DNA of 64,000 nt from Zootoca vivipara (lineage: Eukaryota), in assembly GCF_963506605.1 (NCBI RefSeq), contig NC_083281.1, forward strand, positions 66,278,001 through 66,342,000. The letters are read 5' to 3'. Below, one piece after another: positions 47,582 through 59,352 of the stretch; position 1 is the stretch's first letter; every line of letters begins with the position of its first letter. Both the position numbers and the translations under genes were made by a program. Below the pieces are notes generated by a model. It worked only from the letters and a program-made list of their open reading frames with translations. It had not been told where the DNA came from and ran no database searches.

Positions 47582-47597
47582 CCACTAGAGGGCACTG
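47582..47597 (+). promoter_or_regulatory. CTCF consensus site
   Basis: CCACTAGAGGGCAC is a full match to CCASYAGRKGGCRS. Confidence 0.6.
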
Positions 47598-48413
47598 TCG
47601 CACTGACTGAACCCGTGGCTGTAGGCATGCACCACAAACTTAGCACTTTTTTAAAAAAAACTTTTTTAGAAGGTAGAATATTGGAAAGAAAGAATTTCTA
47701 CTCCAAAAGACTAACATTTAAATTTTTAATGTACGTAATTTTTTTATTTTTTTTTAATCAATTCCATTGTGAGTTTTGGATGGGAAAGCTTACCTTTCTA
47801 GTCGTCCTTAAGGACAATTTAACATATCCCTTTATCAGGAAGTTGTATGAGCCAGGCTAGAAAGCTGAAAGGGAAAATATTCTTGCAGGCTTTTAGACCT
47901 GGTGAGTTCAAAGCCAGAGACACTGCAGCGCTTCGGCTCCAGCACTGCCGTTTCCTTCTGATCAAAAGCAGCCAAAGTAAAACTTGCAACTCTTTAAAGA
48001 ACTATCAAATAATGAGGGGAGGAGAGGAGCAAAAGTAAACGAACTCTTTTCTGCACGGTTGAAGGGAAAGTGGAGAACCAGCGTTTTCTCTAGCTAACAT
48101 GTTAGCCGGGGTTAATAAGTCACCTGTCACCCTCGCAGACAGACTTCCATTAAAAATGGCAAACTCTTACCAGGACACCTGCAAAGGGTCTAATTTGGGC
48201 CAAGATTCAGCCTCTCAACTTGTTTTCATGGCTGAGGATTCTAATGCGAGTAGTGCCACAAAGTTGTATGCAAAGTGCTTTCCCCTCCTCACCACTGCAG
48301 GACTGAAATGGGTTATCTGTCAGACACCCACCCACCCCTCTGAAATAAAAATCTGTCAGGACTTACAAATCACAACCACTGGTGTGGTTAGAGGTTGGAG
48401 TGTTGGACTAGGG

Positions 48414-48549
48414 CAGGCATGTCAAACCTGTGGCCTTCCAGATGTTTTGGTCTACAACTCCCATGATCCCTAGCTAGCAGGATCAGTGGTTGGGGAAGAT
48501 GGGAATTGTAGTCCAAAACATCTGGAGGGCCGCAGGTTTGACATGCCTG
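48414..48549. mobile_element. hAT MITE inserted into the head of a tRNA-derived SINE
   Basis: TIRs CAGGCATGTCAAACCTG / CAGGTTTGACATGCCTG and perfect TSD GACTAGGG. Confidence 0.92.
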
Positions 48550-49734
48550 GACTAGGGCCTGGGAGACCAGGGTTCAAATCCTCACTCAGCCATGAACCTG
48601 GAGAAGGTTTACTGGACAATATCTCCTAATCAACTATAATTATGCAACCTGTTTTTGCTGGCATGAGACCGAATTTCATCTGAACATTGTGAAAATCTGG
48701 AAGGGCCCAATATATCTTCTTCTTGCATAACACTAGAGTTCATGGATGGAAGAAAGAACTTCTTCACACTGCACATTGTTAATCTACAGAATTCGCTCCC
48801 ACAGGAGGCAGGGGTAAGCCACAAACTTGGACGGCTTTAAAAGATTACAGCTATTTCTTGCTTTCATGGTTGGACGCGGTGTGCCTCTGAATGCCAGCTG
48901 CTGGAAATCACAAGTGGGGAGAGCTGCTATTTTGCTCAGGTCCTATTTGTGGCCACTGTGAGAACAGCATGCTGGACTAGATGAGCCATTTGCCTGATCT
49001 AGCAGCCTCTTCTTATTTCCTTAAAACCCCATCTAGTTCCAGTTTTTTTCCCAATAGCCATGAGCTTGATATCTCAGGGAGCTCCATAAATGAAGAGAGG
49101 TGCACCTATCCTAATATTTTTTTATTTGTTTCATCTATATTCCACCTTTTTTATCCAAGGAGCTCAAGGAAGAATACATGCCCGCTCATTTAATCCTCTC
49201 AACAACCCTGTGATGTAGGTTAGGCTGGAAGAAAGTGACTGGTCACCCAGTAAGTTTCATGGCTGAGTGGGGACTTGAACCCTGGTCTCTCAGGTCTTCA
49301 TCAAACACTTTGCAGCACTAGAAACACAACACTAGAAACATAATGAAAGTGAATTAACTCTTACTTTTTAATAAGTGCCTTCTAAGCTGGACTGCACATG
49401 CAGACATCAGCAGTGACACTGTTGGGAGAAGATGCTCTTTTCAAGTACAGTACCTAGGAAAAAGTAAGAAGCTGTTATGCTTCACCACCACCAACCAAGT
49501 ACAAATTTCGAATTCCAGAGAGTAGCAGCTTTCTTTAAAAAAGAAAAAGAAAAAAGATGTTTCTAAATGCAATGGGATGAAGGCTCTTACGTTCTTAGCA
49601 TTGGCAGGGGGGTTGATGCTGCAGTGGCAGATATGAGTCATGTGATCTCAAAGAATCAATGACTTACTGGAACGGTATTGCTACTTGATGAATTAATGAT
49701 GGCGGCACGTTCTTCGACATGTTCGGCAGTGGAA

Positions 49735-49895
49735 TTTGCTGCCAAGGAGTGTGGTGGAGTCTCCTTCTTTGGAGGTCTTTAAGTGGAGGCTTGACGGTCA
49801 TATGTCAGGAATGCTTTGGTGGTGTTTCCTGCTTGGCAGGGGGTTGGACTGGATGGCACTTGTGGTCTCTTCCAACTCTATGATTCTTTGATTCT
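49735..49895 (+). mobile_element. CR1 3' end, second subfamily
   Basis: GTGGTGGAGTCTCCTTCTTTGGAGGTCTTTAAG...GGGGTTGGACTGGATG...CCAACTCTATGATTCT, the classic CR1 ATTCTRTG-type terminus. Confidence 0.85.
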
Positions 49896-52229
49896 TCATG
49901 GGGAAACCACAGGGTCTGGAAACCACAGGGTCCCCAGTTGCACGTAAGGAGCACAAAACTGAGGGTTTGCACAACAGCAGCTTAAGGGTTGTCCATGTAA
50001 TAGCCATCAACAGGTCATGAGTGTGTCACATTCTTCAAGGGCAAATCATTATGGAGCCAACAGGCACCATCCCAGCTCAAGAGGAAGCTACAGTATCAGT
50101 AGGCATGGGGGGACCCCAAAGTTTGCAGAAGTACAAGAAAAACCTGCAGAAAAAGTTGGATGAAAGTCAGAAATACAGTTTGATTTGGACTTTAATACTA
50201 ACCCACTGAATTTGCACTTTCCAAAACACCAGTATTCTTCAAAGTTTGTACTTCTCTGAATTTTGTGGCACAGTTCTCTAACCAAATAACACGTACAAAG
50301 GTGTGCTTATTAGGCAAAAGTGAGCAAAAATGCATATATTAGTGAAAATTGCACTATAGTGGGGAAAACTGAGTGCATATTAAGAGAAAATTGCATCGAA
50401 GTGCTTGGGAATTTTCACAAGGCCTGTATTGCAGGGTGTGTGTGTAGTGTGTGTGTAGTTTTTCTATACAGACATGTATAGAAATGAACTTAAAGACTGA
50501 AAAACCAGAACCTGAAACTGAAATGGACAAATCTTTCCATCCCTAGCATGGGAGAACAGCCACACAAACCTGCTTCCTGGGTGGACTGCATCCCATCGGT
50601 GTTAAATCTGACTGCCTGATAATGATAATTTTATTATTTGTACCCTGCTCATCTGACTAGTTGCCCTAGCCACTCTGGGCAGCTTCTAACAAGATATTAA
50701 AAATATAAATACTGTATATAAAAACACAGCGAAACATGTGTACTCTAGCACACTTAATGCCACACAACGATCCCATTCTTGCAGCAGAGACCTCACTTTG
50801 TGTCATGGTGACATGGCTACTGAGCTTCTTCAGGGCCCATTTTGTCCAATCAGTGAGTCGTAAAAAGCTTATCTGACGCCTGCCAGGCATCTGGGACTAG
50901 CTGCCATTGAAATTTCCCACCATACCCCTGATGTAGTATTGCTCTTGGGCATTGTGGGGGATTTCAATAGCAGACTGACCACCTAGTGCTGTTCACAGAA
51001 CTGGGCTGGAGAACAAAATTAAAGGGGAGGCAAAGGAGGGAGATGTCGGTAGTGGACCTTGCCAAGGTACTGGGGCCAAAGCAACTGCCCAAGGATGCCA
51101 GTTGCTGATGCTGGCCCTGCACTGATGCCTCCAATATCAGAGCTAATGGTGTGGGTGTGGGTATGTCCACTACGCTATCGGTGATAAATCAGCTCAGCGA
51201 AACGATCATTTCCCTAGATAGCAACACTTTATTCTCACCTGCAATACTGAGAAGAGACAAGCCTTTCTCTCTGGGTCCCTTTGAGCGTTGAGGGCCCTTG
51301 TGCTCAGGAAGGATAACGACAAGATGTTCCCATTTTTGCAGACATTTCTCCCCTGCTAACACCCAATAAAATGAAACAAGAATCCTACCTTTCTCTCAAA
51401 GGAAAAAGAACCTTGAAGGCATTCAGGCCCAGCTCTCCCATGAGAACTCAATCGTGCACTACTTTCCTAGCCTTATTTTTGTTTTTCAACCATTTCCCCA
51501 CCAAAAACCCGCAAATCCCTTTGAGACGACCCATCTTTCAAGGTATCTTTTTTTCCTCCCTCACTCCCATTGATATCACCTGCCCTCACCGCTGAAGAGC
51601 GCTTGTTTGCCTGTTTAAAGAAAGAAAAGAAAAGAAAGTGGGGGGGGGGATAAAGGATGCACACATAGGATGCGGCATCATTAACAATTCTTTAATACAT
51701 ACAAGCAAATCTGGCAACTTTAAATCATGTTTCTTTCTTTGAAACACGCTACAGACTGTCTTTCCCACTTTCTACTTAGCAAATCTTCATAGAGTTTTTA
51801 ATACTCTTTCTCCTTTTGCCATGATCAAAGGAATCGCTCTCCGTTTGCTTGTTCCTCTGATAAGTGATAAAAGATGTCAGTGAGACTAATGAGAACTCCC
51901 TCCAGCTCCCTTCATAAAGCCCCTGTAGAAAAGGAAAATCACAATGCATCATCAAACCTTTTAGGGAAGGGAGGGGGGAGAGGGAAATGCTAGGTACAAA
52001 GGCAACAGGAAGCAGAGTATTTTTGGGTGGGGGCTTTTGCAAAAGGGGGGGATAACAGTGAAAAGGAACTAAAACTCTGACCAAGAAGCTCAATTTAGAT
52101 TTTAAAAAAAATGTGGGAAGGGGGGAACCAACAGGATCCTTGGCTAGACTGTTCATAGGCCAGTTAGTTGTCTTAAAACAAAATGCCCCTATGTTGCTTT
52201 TTTATTTTATAAATGCAGTAAGATAAGGT

Positions 52230-53294
52230 CAAAGGCTTTGACTGTGTTGACCACAGCAAACTATGCCATGTTCTTAAAGAAATGGGAGTGCCTGATCACC
52301 TCATCTGTCTCCTGAGAAATCTCTTTGTGGAACAAGAAGCTACAGTTAGAACTGGATATGGAACAACTGATTGGTTCAAAATTGGGAAAGGAGTACGACA
52401 AGGCTGTATATTGTCTCCCTGCTTATTTAACTTATATGCAGAATTCATCATGCAAAAGGCTGGACTGGATGAATCCCAAGCCAGATTGCCGGCAGACATA
52501 TCATCAACCTCAGATATGCAGATGACACAACTTTGGTGGTAGAAAGTGAGAAGGAATTAAAGAACCTTTTAATGAGGGTGAAAGAGGAGAGTGCTAAATA
52601 TGGTCTGAAGCTCAGCATCAAAAAAACCAAGATCATGGCCACTGGTCCCATCACCTCCTGGCAAATAGAAGGGGAAGAAATAGAGGCAGTGAGAGATTTT
52701 ACTTTCTTGGGCTCCATGATCACTGCAGATGGTGACAGCAGACACGAAATTAAAAGACCCCTGCTTCTTGGGAGAAAAGCAAAGACAAACCTAGACAGCA
52801 TCTTAAAAAGCAGAGACATCACCTTGCCGACAAAGGTCCGTATAGTTAAAGCTATGGTTTTCCCAGTAGTGATGTATGGAAGGGAGAATGGGACCATTAA
52901 GAAGGCTGATCACCGAAGAATTGATGCTTTTGAATTATGGTGCTGGAGGAGACTCTTGAGAGTCCCATGGACTGCAAGAAGATCAAACCTATCCATTCCA
53001 AAGGAAATCAGCCCTGAGTACTCACTCACTGGAAGGACAGATTCTGAAGCTGAGGCTCCAATACTGTACTTTGGCCACCTCATGAGAAGAAAAGACTTCC
53101 TGGAAAAGACCCTGATGTTGGGAAAGATTGAGGGCACTAGGAGAAGGGGACGACAGAGGACGAGATGGTTGGACCGTGTTCTCAAAGCTACCAACATGAG
53201 TTTGACCAAACTGCGGGAGGCAGTGGAAGACAGAAGTGCCTGGCGTGCTCTGGTCCATGGGTCACAAAGAGTCAGACATGACTAAACAACAACA
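52230..53294 (+). mobile_element. Bov-B (RTE clade) LINE, 5'-truncated, reverse transcriptase C-terminal half
   Basis: KAFDCV, GVRQGCILSPCLFNLY, frameshifted YADD, then a 250-aa ORF. (CAA)n tail and TSD AAGATAAGGT (52220-52229 / 53295-53304). Confidence 0.95.
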
Positions 53295-55699
53295 AAGATA
53301 AGGTGGTTTTCAGCGCTAGCCCTACTCAGGGTAGAGCCCATGAAGTTAATTACTGGGCAGTACCGGTAACTTAGGTGCATTCATTTCAATGGGTCTACTC
53401 TGAGTAGGACTTAGTTCAATACGGTTCAAAGCTTGCTAATGAATCAGGGTGATGATGTCACTGGCTTATGCCAGTACAAAAGAAAAAGCCCTCAGGTAAC
53501 CAAAAGTGGCATCTGAAAAGAGAGAAAATGCTAGATCAGGGATGGGGAAGCTGTGGTCCTCCAGATTCTTGGGTTTTATACCGGTAATATATATAGTTGT
53601 TTGGTTTATAGCTTGGAAGATGAATCTACCCAGTCCCTCCACCACCCATTCTGTCTCATTCACACACCATTACCGGTAGCATTGCTTTAAAAGAGTAAAT
53701 AAAAGGCACAGATTCTTTGCTTACAGTTTCTTCATATTTACAAGGATGGCTTTAGTTTCTAAAGCCTACAAGGCAAGAGGTGGTTTCATGACTGCCTCGT
53801 GCAGGAAGGAGGGAGCAGGCAAAGGGACAAGATGAAGGGGCAGAGCTTGACGGATTAGTAGGAAACCACAAAGTGTAATTTCTCCCATTTATCTATTAGT
53901 CTCAACACTACCCTCTAGTGACCGGAGGCATGCAAGGTTGCTTATAGCCAACACAGATATCATTGAACTATCACACCCATCATGCCTGAAAATTGGAAGG
54001 GTTGGCCGACGCTGCTGGGAGTTGGAGTCCAACAATGTCTGGATGGTCACAGGTTCCCAACCATTGCTTTCGATTATGCTTGGCTCCATCCATGAATTGC
54101 CATATCCAACCTAGACCCTGGCCCATGCCCTGAAACATACATTTAGAACTGAGTTGAACTTAAGTCAAATACAACCCTATAATTTAAGCAGAACTATTGG
54201 GAAACTGTGTGAAACCTCCAGATGTTGTTGGACTCCAAATCCCAGCAGCCTCAGCCATCATGGCCAATTGTCAGGAATGAAGAGAGATCAACAATATCTG
54301 GAGTTCACCACACTTGCTACCCCTTTTCTAGACCCTTTCAAGCTCCTTGCTGGCTTTACCTGGAACAGGCCCACCTAGGCAACCATCACCACCATTTTAG
54401 CTAGGAAAACAAGAGCAGAAATGGCCCCAGGTCTCTAGTTCTTTTTTGTAGAATACTGTATTTCTTTGACCTCAGATGACATCTGAGCAACACAAAGAAT
54501 CAATGTAATGGCCAAACCAGACATTCGACTGCTAAGCTAAACACCAGACAGGGCTGGTGAAAGTGGAGGAAGCAGTCTCTTCCTTCAGCAGAGGTCTGTA
54601 ATGCATATATACGGCAGGGGAAACAGTTCACCACAACACATACCGTAGTTAATCTATGGAGGCTGCTCCGACAAAATGATGTGATGGCCACCAATGTGGT
54701 TGGTTTAAACCAAGGCCAGCCCAGGATGTTTTGCAGCTTGAGGCCTCCATGGGGCTCACAGAGCTCCTTTAATGTCCTTGGAGAGAAAGCAGACCGGAGC
54801 TATGCACTGTTCTGCCCGAGGTGTCTTCTATTGGTAAGTATGGATTGGCAGCTAACTAGAGGCTGTTACCAGGTCTGGGGAATCTCAGGGTCTCCAGAGG
54901 TGGGGAATCAGAACCAACCTTATCTGGTCCTTGGGACTCTCCAGGCCACTCCTTCCTTAGCCGCACCTTCTCTCTCCAGGACAAACCCCTTGCCAACCTT
55001 ATTTCACATCCTTCTTCAAATGTTTTGCCTGGCTGGAACATGTCCCTGACAACCCACTTTTGCCACTGGCCCAACCCGCCACTCACATGTGGCCCCCATA
55101 AGGTTTCCCAGAAGGGAATGTGGCCCTCAGGCTGGAAAAGGTCCCCCACCCCTAATCTACGGTACGTATACTTACCTCCAAGCCACAGAAAGCTTAGCAA
55201 GCTCATTTCTGCTGATCAATACTGTGGTGCAGGGTGCAAGAGCAGGCCACACCCTGGTCACCTGGCAGCTCTGGGTTGCCTGCATGCTTCTTGTCTCCTC
55301 CTTGTCCCTGACCCCAGCTGATGTCCTTCCTTCATTCTGGTAATTTTTCCATGGCTGGACCAAATTACCCAGGTAGAGAGGGGAATGGCAGGAGGGCAGG
55401 GGTAGAGATCTGCAGTATGAATAGGGTGGGAAAGCTGGCGATTCCAACAATGTCCTTTAAAAGGATGTATTAAACTCAAATTCTTTGGGAAAAATTAATA
55501 CGCCACATACGGTGCGGTGAGAAACTTGAAGCAATTTGGAGCAAGGAGGGCCATTAGAGGCTTTAAGCTCATTATACAAAGCAAAGCATCTTTGGGGGGA
55601 TTTTTATAAGGAAACCTATTATACTCACAGAGGAGAGCAAATTATTAAGGATTGGGAACAGATGTGGGGGAGGAGAGGCTCCCAACTGTGGGCACGTTT

Positions 55700-56572
55700 A
55701 ATGCTTCCATTTTTGCAGTTGGCTTGGAAGAACAGAGCATGCCAAAAAGGGCAACGGCAAATGAAGAACAGGGCAACCAAAATTATCGTGGAGTCAGAGC
55801 CATTCCCTTACAAAGGACTTTTTAGTTTAGCGAGAAAAAGAAGGGAAGAGGTGATATAATAGAAGGATATTTTATAAATGCATGGTGTAGAGAAAGTTGA
55901 TGGAGAAATTTTTTTTCTCCCTCTTTCGTAACACTAGAATTCGTGGACATCCAGTGAAGATGAATGTTGGAAGATTCAGGAGAGATAAAAGAAAGAACTT
56001 CTTCACACAACACATACTCAAACTATGGAACTTGTTCCCACAGGAAACAGCCATGGCCACTAAATGGGATGACTCTAAAAGTGGATTGGACAAATTCATG
56101 AAGGAGAGGGCTATCAATGGCTACTAGCCAGAATGGCTCTGCTCTGCCTCCAAAGCTGAAGGCAGAAATGCTTCTGAATACCAGCTGCTGGAAACCACAG
56201 GAGGGGAGAGTGCTCTTGTGCTTGGGTCTTGCTTGTGGGTTTCCCACAGGCATCTTGTCAGGGGCGTAGTAAGGGGGGAGTGGAGGGGGTGACCCGCTCC
56301 CAGCTCCATATTTTGGGGGCCAGTGCGGGCGGGGGCGGCACCCGCTATGTAGCATGCATGTGCAGCGTCATAGCGATGCATGTGTTGTAAATAGCGATGC
56401 TGCGCACGAGCACTACGTAGCAACGCCCTGCCTCCAGGTGTGCGTCATGTTTGCTGCTCTGGGTGCCCAAGCGGCTTCCTACGCCGCTGCATCTGGTGTA
56501 GGCCACTGTGAGAACAGGATGCTGGACTAGAGGTGCCATTGGACTGATCCAGAAGGCTCATCTGATGTTCTT
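55700..56572 (+). mobile_element. CR1 LINE 3' portion
   Basis: ORF remnant RGHPVKMNVGRFRRDKRKNFFTQHILKLWNLFPQE...KSGLDKFM, typical of the CR1 ORF2 C-terminus, followed by the squamate CR1 3' UTR. Confidence 0.88.
56259..56489. mobile_element. GC-rich hAT-type MITE nested in CR1
   Basis: TIRs CAGGGGCGTAG / CTACGCCGCTG and 8-bp TSD CATCTTGT / CATCTGGT. Confidence 0.82.
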
Positions 56573-57562
56573 ATCCCTATGTTCAGAAAGTTGCAACTCT
56601 TTGGTCATACTGAAAATACTCTGCCCATGCTCAAAAGCCCTGCTATTTGCATTCCTCTATCTGGCACATTCCAGAACTGAGTCCCAGTCCTGAAACAAGG
56701 TACTGGAGGTTCTAAATGCTCAAATCCAGCTAAAACCCTTTCTAGTCTCACTTTCTTGATTTCCCCCTCCTCAATCTCTTCATTTCTCAAGCGAGAATGA
56801 TGACATTTCTGTTTCTTTCTCTACATCTACCCCCTTTTTTTCCTTCCTTGATTCTTCTTCCTCTTCTCTTTAAAAGGGAAGAGCTGGCCTCTTCCTGCCT
56901 GCTCTCTTCCCCCATTCCTCTTCTCATTTCTATATGATTTGACTCTTATATATTTTATAGTACCCGAGGCAGTCACTTTGCAGGCCTCCTGCTGAGTAAA
57001 TCGCCCTTCACAGAGAAAGATCTTCCTGTCAATGACAGACGAGAGGTGCCAGCAGCGGCTGAGGAGGCTTTAAAAACCCATGAGTTGGCAAAATCAGCAG
57101 GTATCTGTGTGCTGTTCTGGGTCCGCCCCTAGAATTAGTTCCTATATTGTATCAAAGGAGCTTTCCTTCTTTTCTTTTTTTAAAAAAAGTAAAAGTACAA
57201 AAAGGAATGGTGGGGCCTAGAGGCTGTGTTTCAGGTTAAAAGACAAGTGCGTGGTATTTGCCATCCTTTAAGAAATCGCTTTTTTATATAAAATAAAAAA
57301 TAAAAAATTACTAACACCAGCAGTTTGCTCTTTTACTTATTTTGTTTTTCTTGTTCACTAAAAAAAAAAATCCTGAGAGATTGCCGAGGCAACAAGTTTG
57401 CTGAAGCTTCACTCATGCTAGGCCATGTCCGCATGAAACATCTAAAACAGAATCACACAGCTTTAAACAGCCATGGCTTCCCCCAAAGATGCAAAATGCA
57501 ACCCTCCAGACCTCTCTGATTGGCCCTTGGGATGCTGCCCAGGCCACACCCTCTCCTGAAAC

Positions 57563-58045
57563 CAGCGGCGTAGCTGGCCACCTGGCCGCCCGGGACAGCA
57601 AACCCATCGCACGTCATGACGCACAACGCATGCGCACACAGGAGGGATATGACGCGGCGACACAGCAGGCAGCGGCGTGCGGCATCCAGCAGGCCTCCCC
57701 CTCTCCCTTTAGCTCTCCCTCCGCCCATCCGTACCACGCTCAAGGCGGTTCTCCTCACAGCCAGTTTGTACTGGCTCCGTAGAGACTGGTCCTGCTCGCC
57801 CGCCGCCTGGCTTTCTTCAGGGCCATTGTGGAGGCGGGAGAGGGTTGCGCTGCTAGCAGAGGGCGGCTCCTCCGGCAGGGAGGAGACGCTGTGGAGGAGC
57901 CGGGCTCGGAAGCCTCCACGTGGGCGGCAAGGGGCGCTCGCAGCAGCAGCGGCCGTCGGAGGTGGTCACCCCCATCCAGCCTGCTGCCCCCCACCCAGCC
58001 TGCCGCCCGGGGCGGCACGCCCCCCTGCCCCCCATTACGCCACTG
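57563..58045. mobile_element. GC-rich hAT-type non-autonomous element nested in an older MITE
   Basis: TIRs CAGCGGCGTA / TACGCCACTG and 8-bp TSD CCTGAAAC / CCTGTAAC. Confidence 0.82.
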
Positions 58046-58159
58046 CCTGTAACCACACTTCAGATTCGTTTGTCCATTCTCAAATTATGATCATGCCTCT
58101 TGCTTGCCTGGAGAGACAGATTTGTGTATTACAGCAAGCATGGAAACATCTGGCTGAAT

Positions 58160-58311
58160 GAGGGCCGTCTTAAGCATATCTGGCGCCCTGGCGCCGTGGT
58201 GCGAAGATTCCTCCGGCGCCCCCCACCCCGTTTCCCAGCGCGGCTGTCTGGCATGGCAGCCCGGCGCCCTGGCGCCTTGCGCCACCCAGCCTTGCCTTAG
58301 AGCCAGCCCTG
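58160..58311. mobile_element. GC-rich MITE (Harbinger- or hAT-like)
   Basis: Imperfect TIRs AGGGCCGTCTTAAG / CTTAGAGCCAGCCCT with repeated GGCGCCCTGGCGCC. A related fragment lies at about 36420-36630. Confidence 0.65.
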
Positions 58312-59330
58312 TAGCTTTCCATACAAAGGTAAGAGTTGTTTTTTGCTCCACCTACTTTGGCCACTGGCTCCACCCACCAGTGGCATGGTGCCCCCAGAAG
58401 GGAATGTATGGTCCTCAGGTCCTAAAATATTCCACACACCCTGCCTATGTGCAGTGGAAAGAAGATGGTCACTGTTTGCTTATAGAAGGTGTATGTATGG
58501 TGTTCAACACTGTAATACTGAGCCACAAGATACTTCCTCTCAGTCAACCCACAAACACCTGGAATGGGCATTTCAGATGTGAGCAACTCCAAGAAGTGAG
58601 GCTATGGGGTTGGCAAGGCAGGAGGCTGAAGAGGCAATGCTATTAGCCATTTGGACAGTGTACAGTTCTGCTTGCCTCGCTTCTAAAAGGATATGGCAGA
58701 GCTGGAAAAGTGTAGACTGATGAGATTTGGTCTGCAGGAGGCCCTCACCTGCAGAGCACATGTTCAGCTGGGAATATAAGGAGTGAGATTATATTTTAGG
58801 TCTCCCGGTCCTGAGATGTATAGGACTTTGTACACCAAAACCAGGCAACTAATTGTTAGACAGTACAATTCTTTCAACAGTAACATGTTTGTGATATCCT
58901 GCCTCAGTGAGCAGCACAGCCATCACATTTTACACCAGTTGCAGCTTCCAGACCAACCTTAAAGGCAGTCCCACATATAACATATGGCAGTAGTCCAGCC
59001 TGGAGGTTACCAGTGCATGCACAGTAAAGGCCAGGCTATCCTGGTCCAGAAATGGCTATAGCTGTCTTGCCAGCCAAAGCTGGTAAAAGAAGCTCCTATG
59101 TGCTGTTGTTGTTATAAACAAGAGTTATCCAAAATGGCTACTCTGCTAGGTTTCTATCCCTTGCTCGGTGCTCCCTAGCAATGCTTCCTTCCACAACCAC
59201 CTATAGAACGTTTTGGTTCCTACCTACGTTTTGGTTCACTGTCACTTCAGACAGGATCAAGCTACTAATCTAAGTGAATCCTGCAGTTCATGGCCCTAGG
59301 GCGGATGTAAAAGATCAAACAAAAAGAAAT

Positions 59331-59352
59331 ACACACACACACACACACACAC
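59331..59352. repeat. (CA)n microsatellite
   Basis: Pure AC run. Confidence 0.93.

Noticed and set aside
52533-53285. 250-aa ORF, the longest in the window
   Set aside because: Bov-B reverse transcriptase remnant that is 5'-truncated and frameshifted, with a TSD and a (CAA)n tail.
57453-58646. Cluster of GC-rich ORFs suggesting a promoter or first exon
   Set aside because: The GC-rich parts coincide with TIR- and TSD-bounded transposons.
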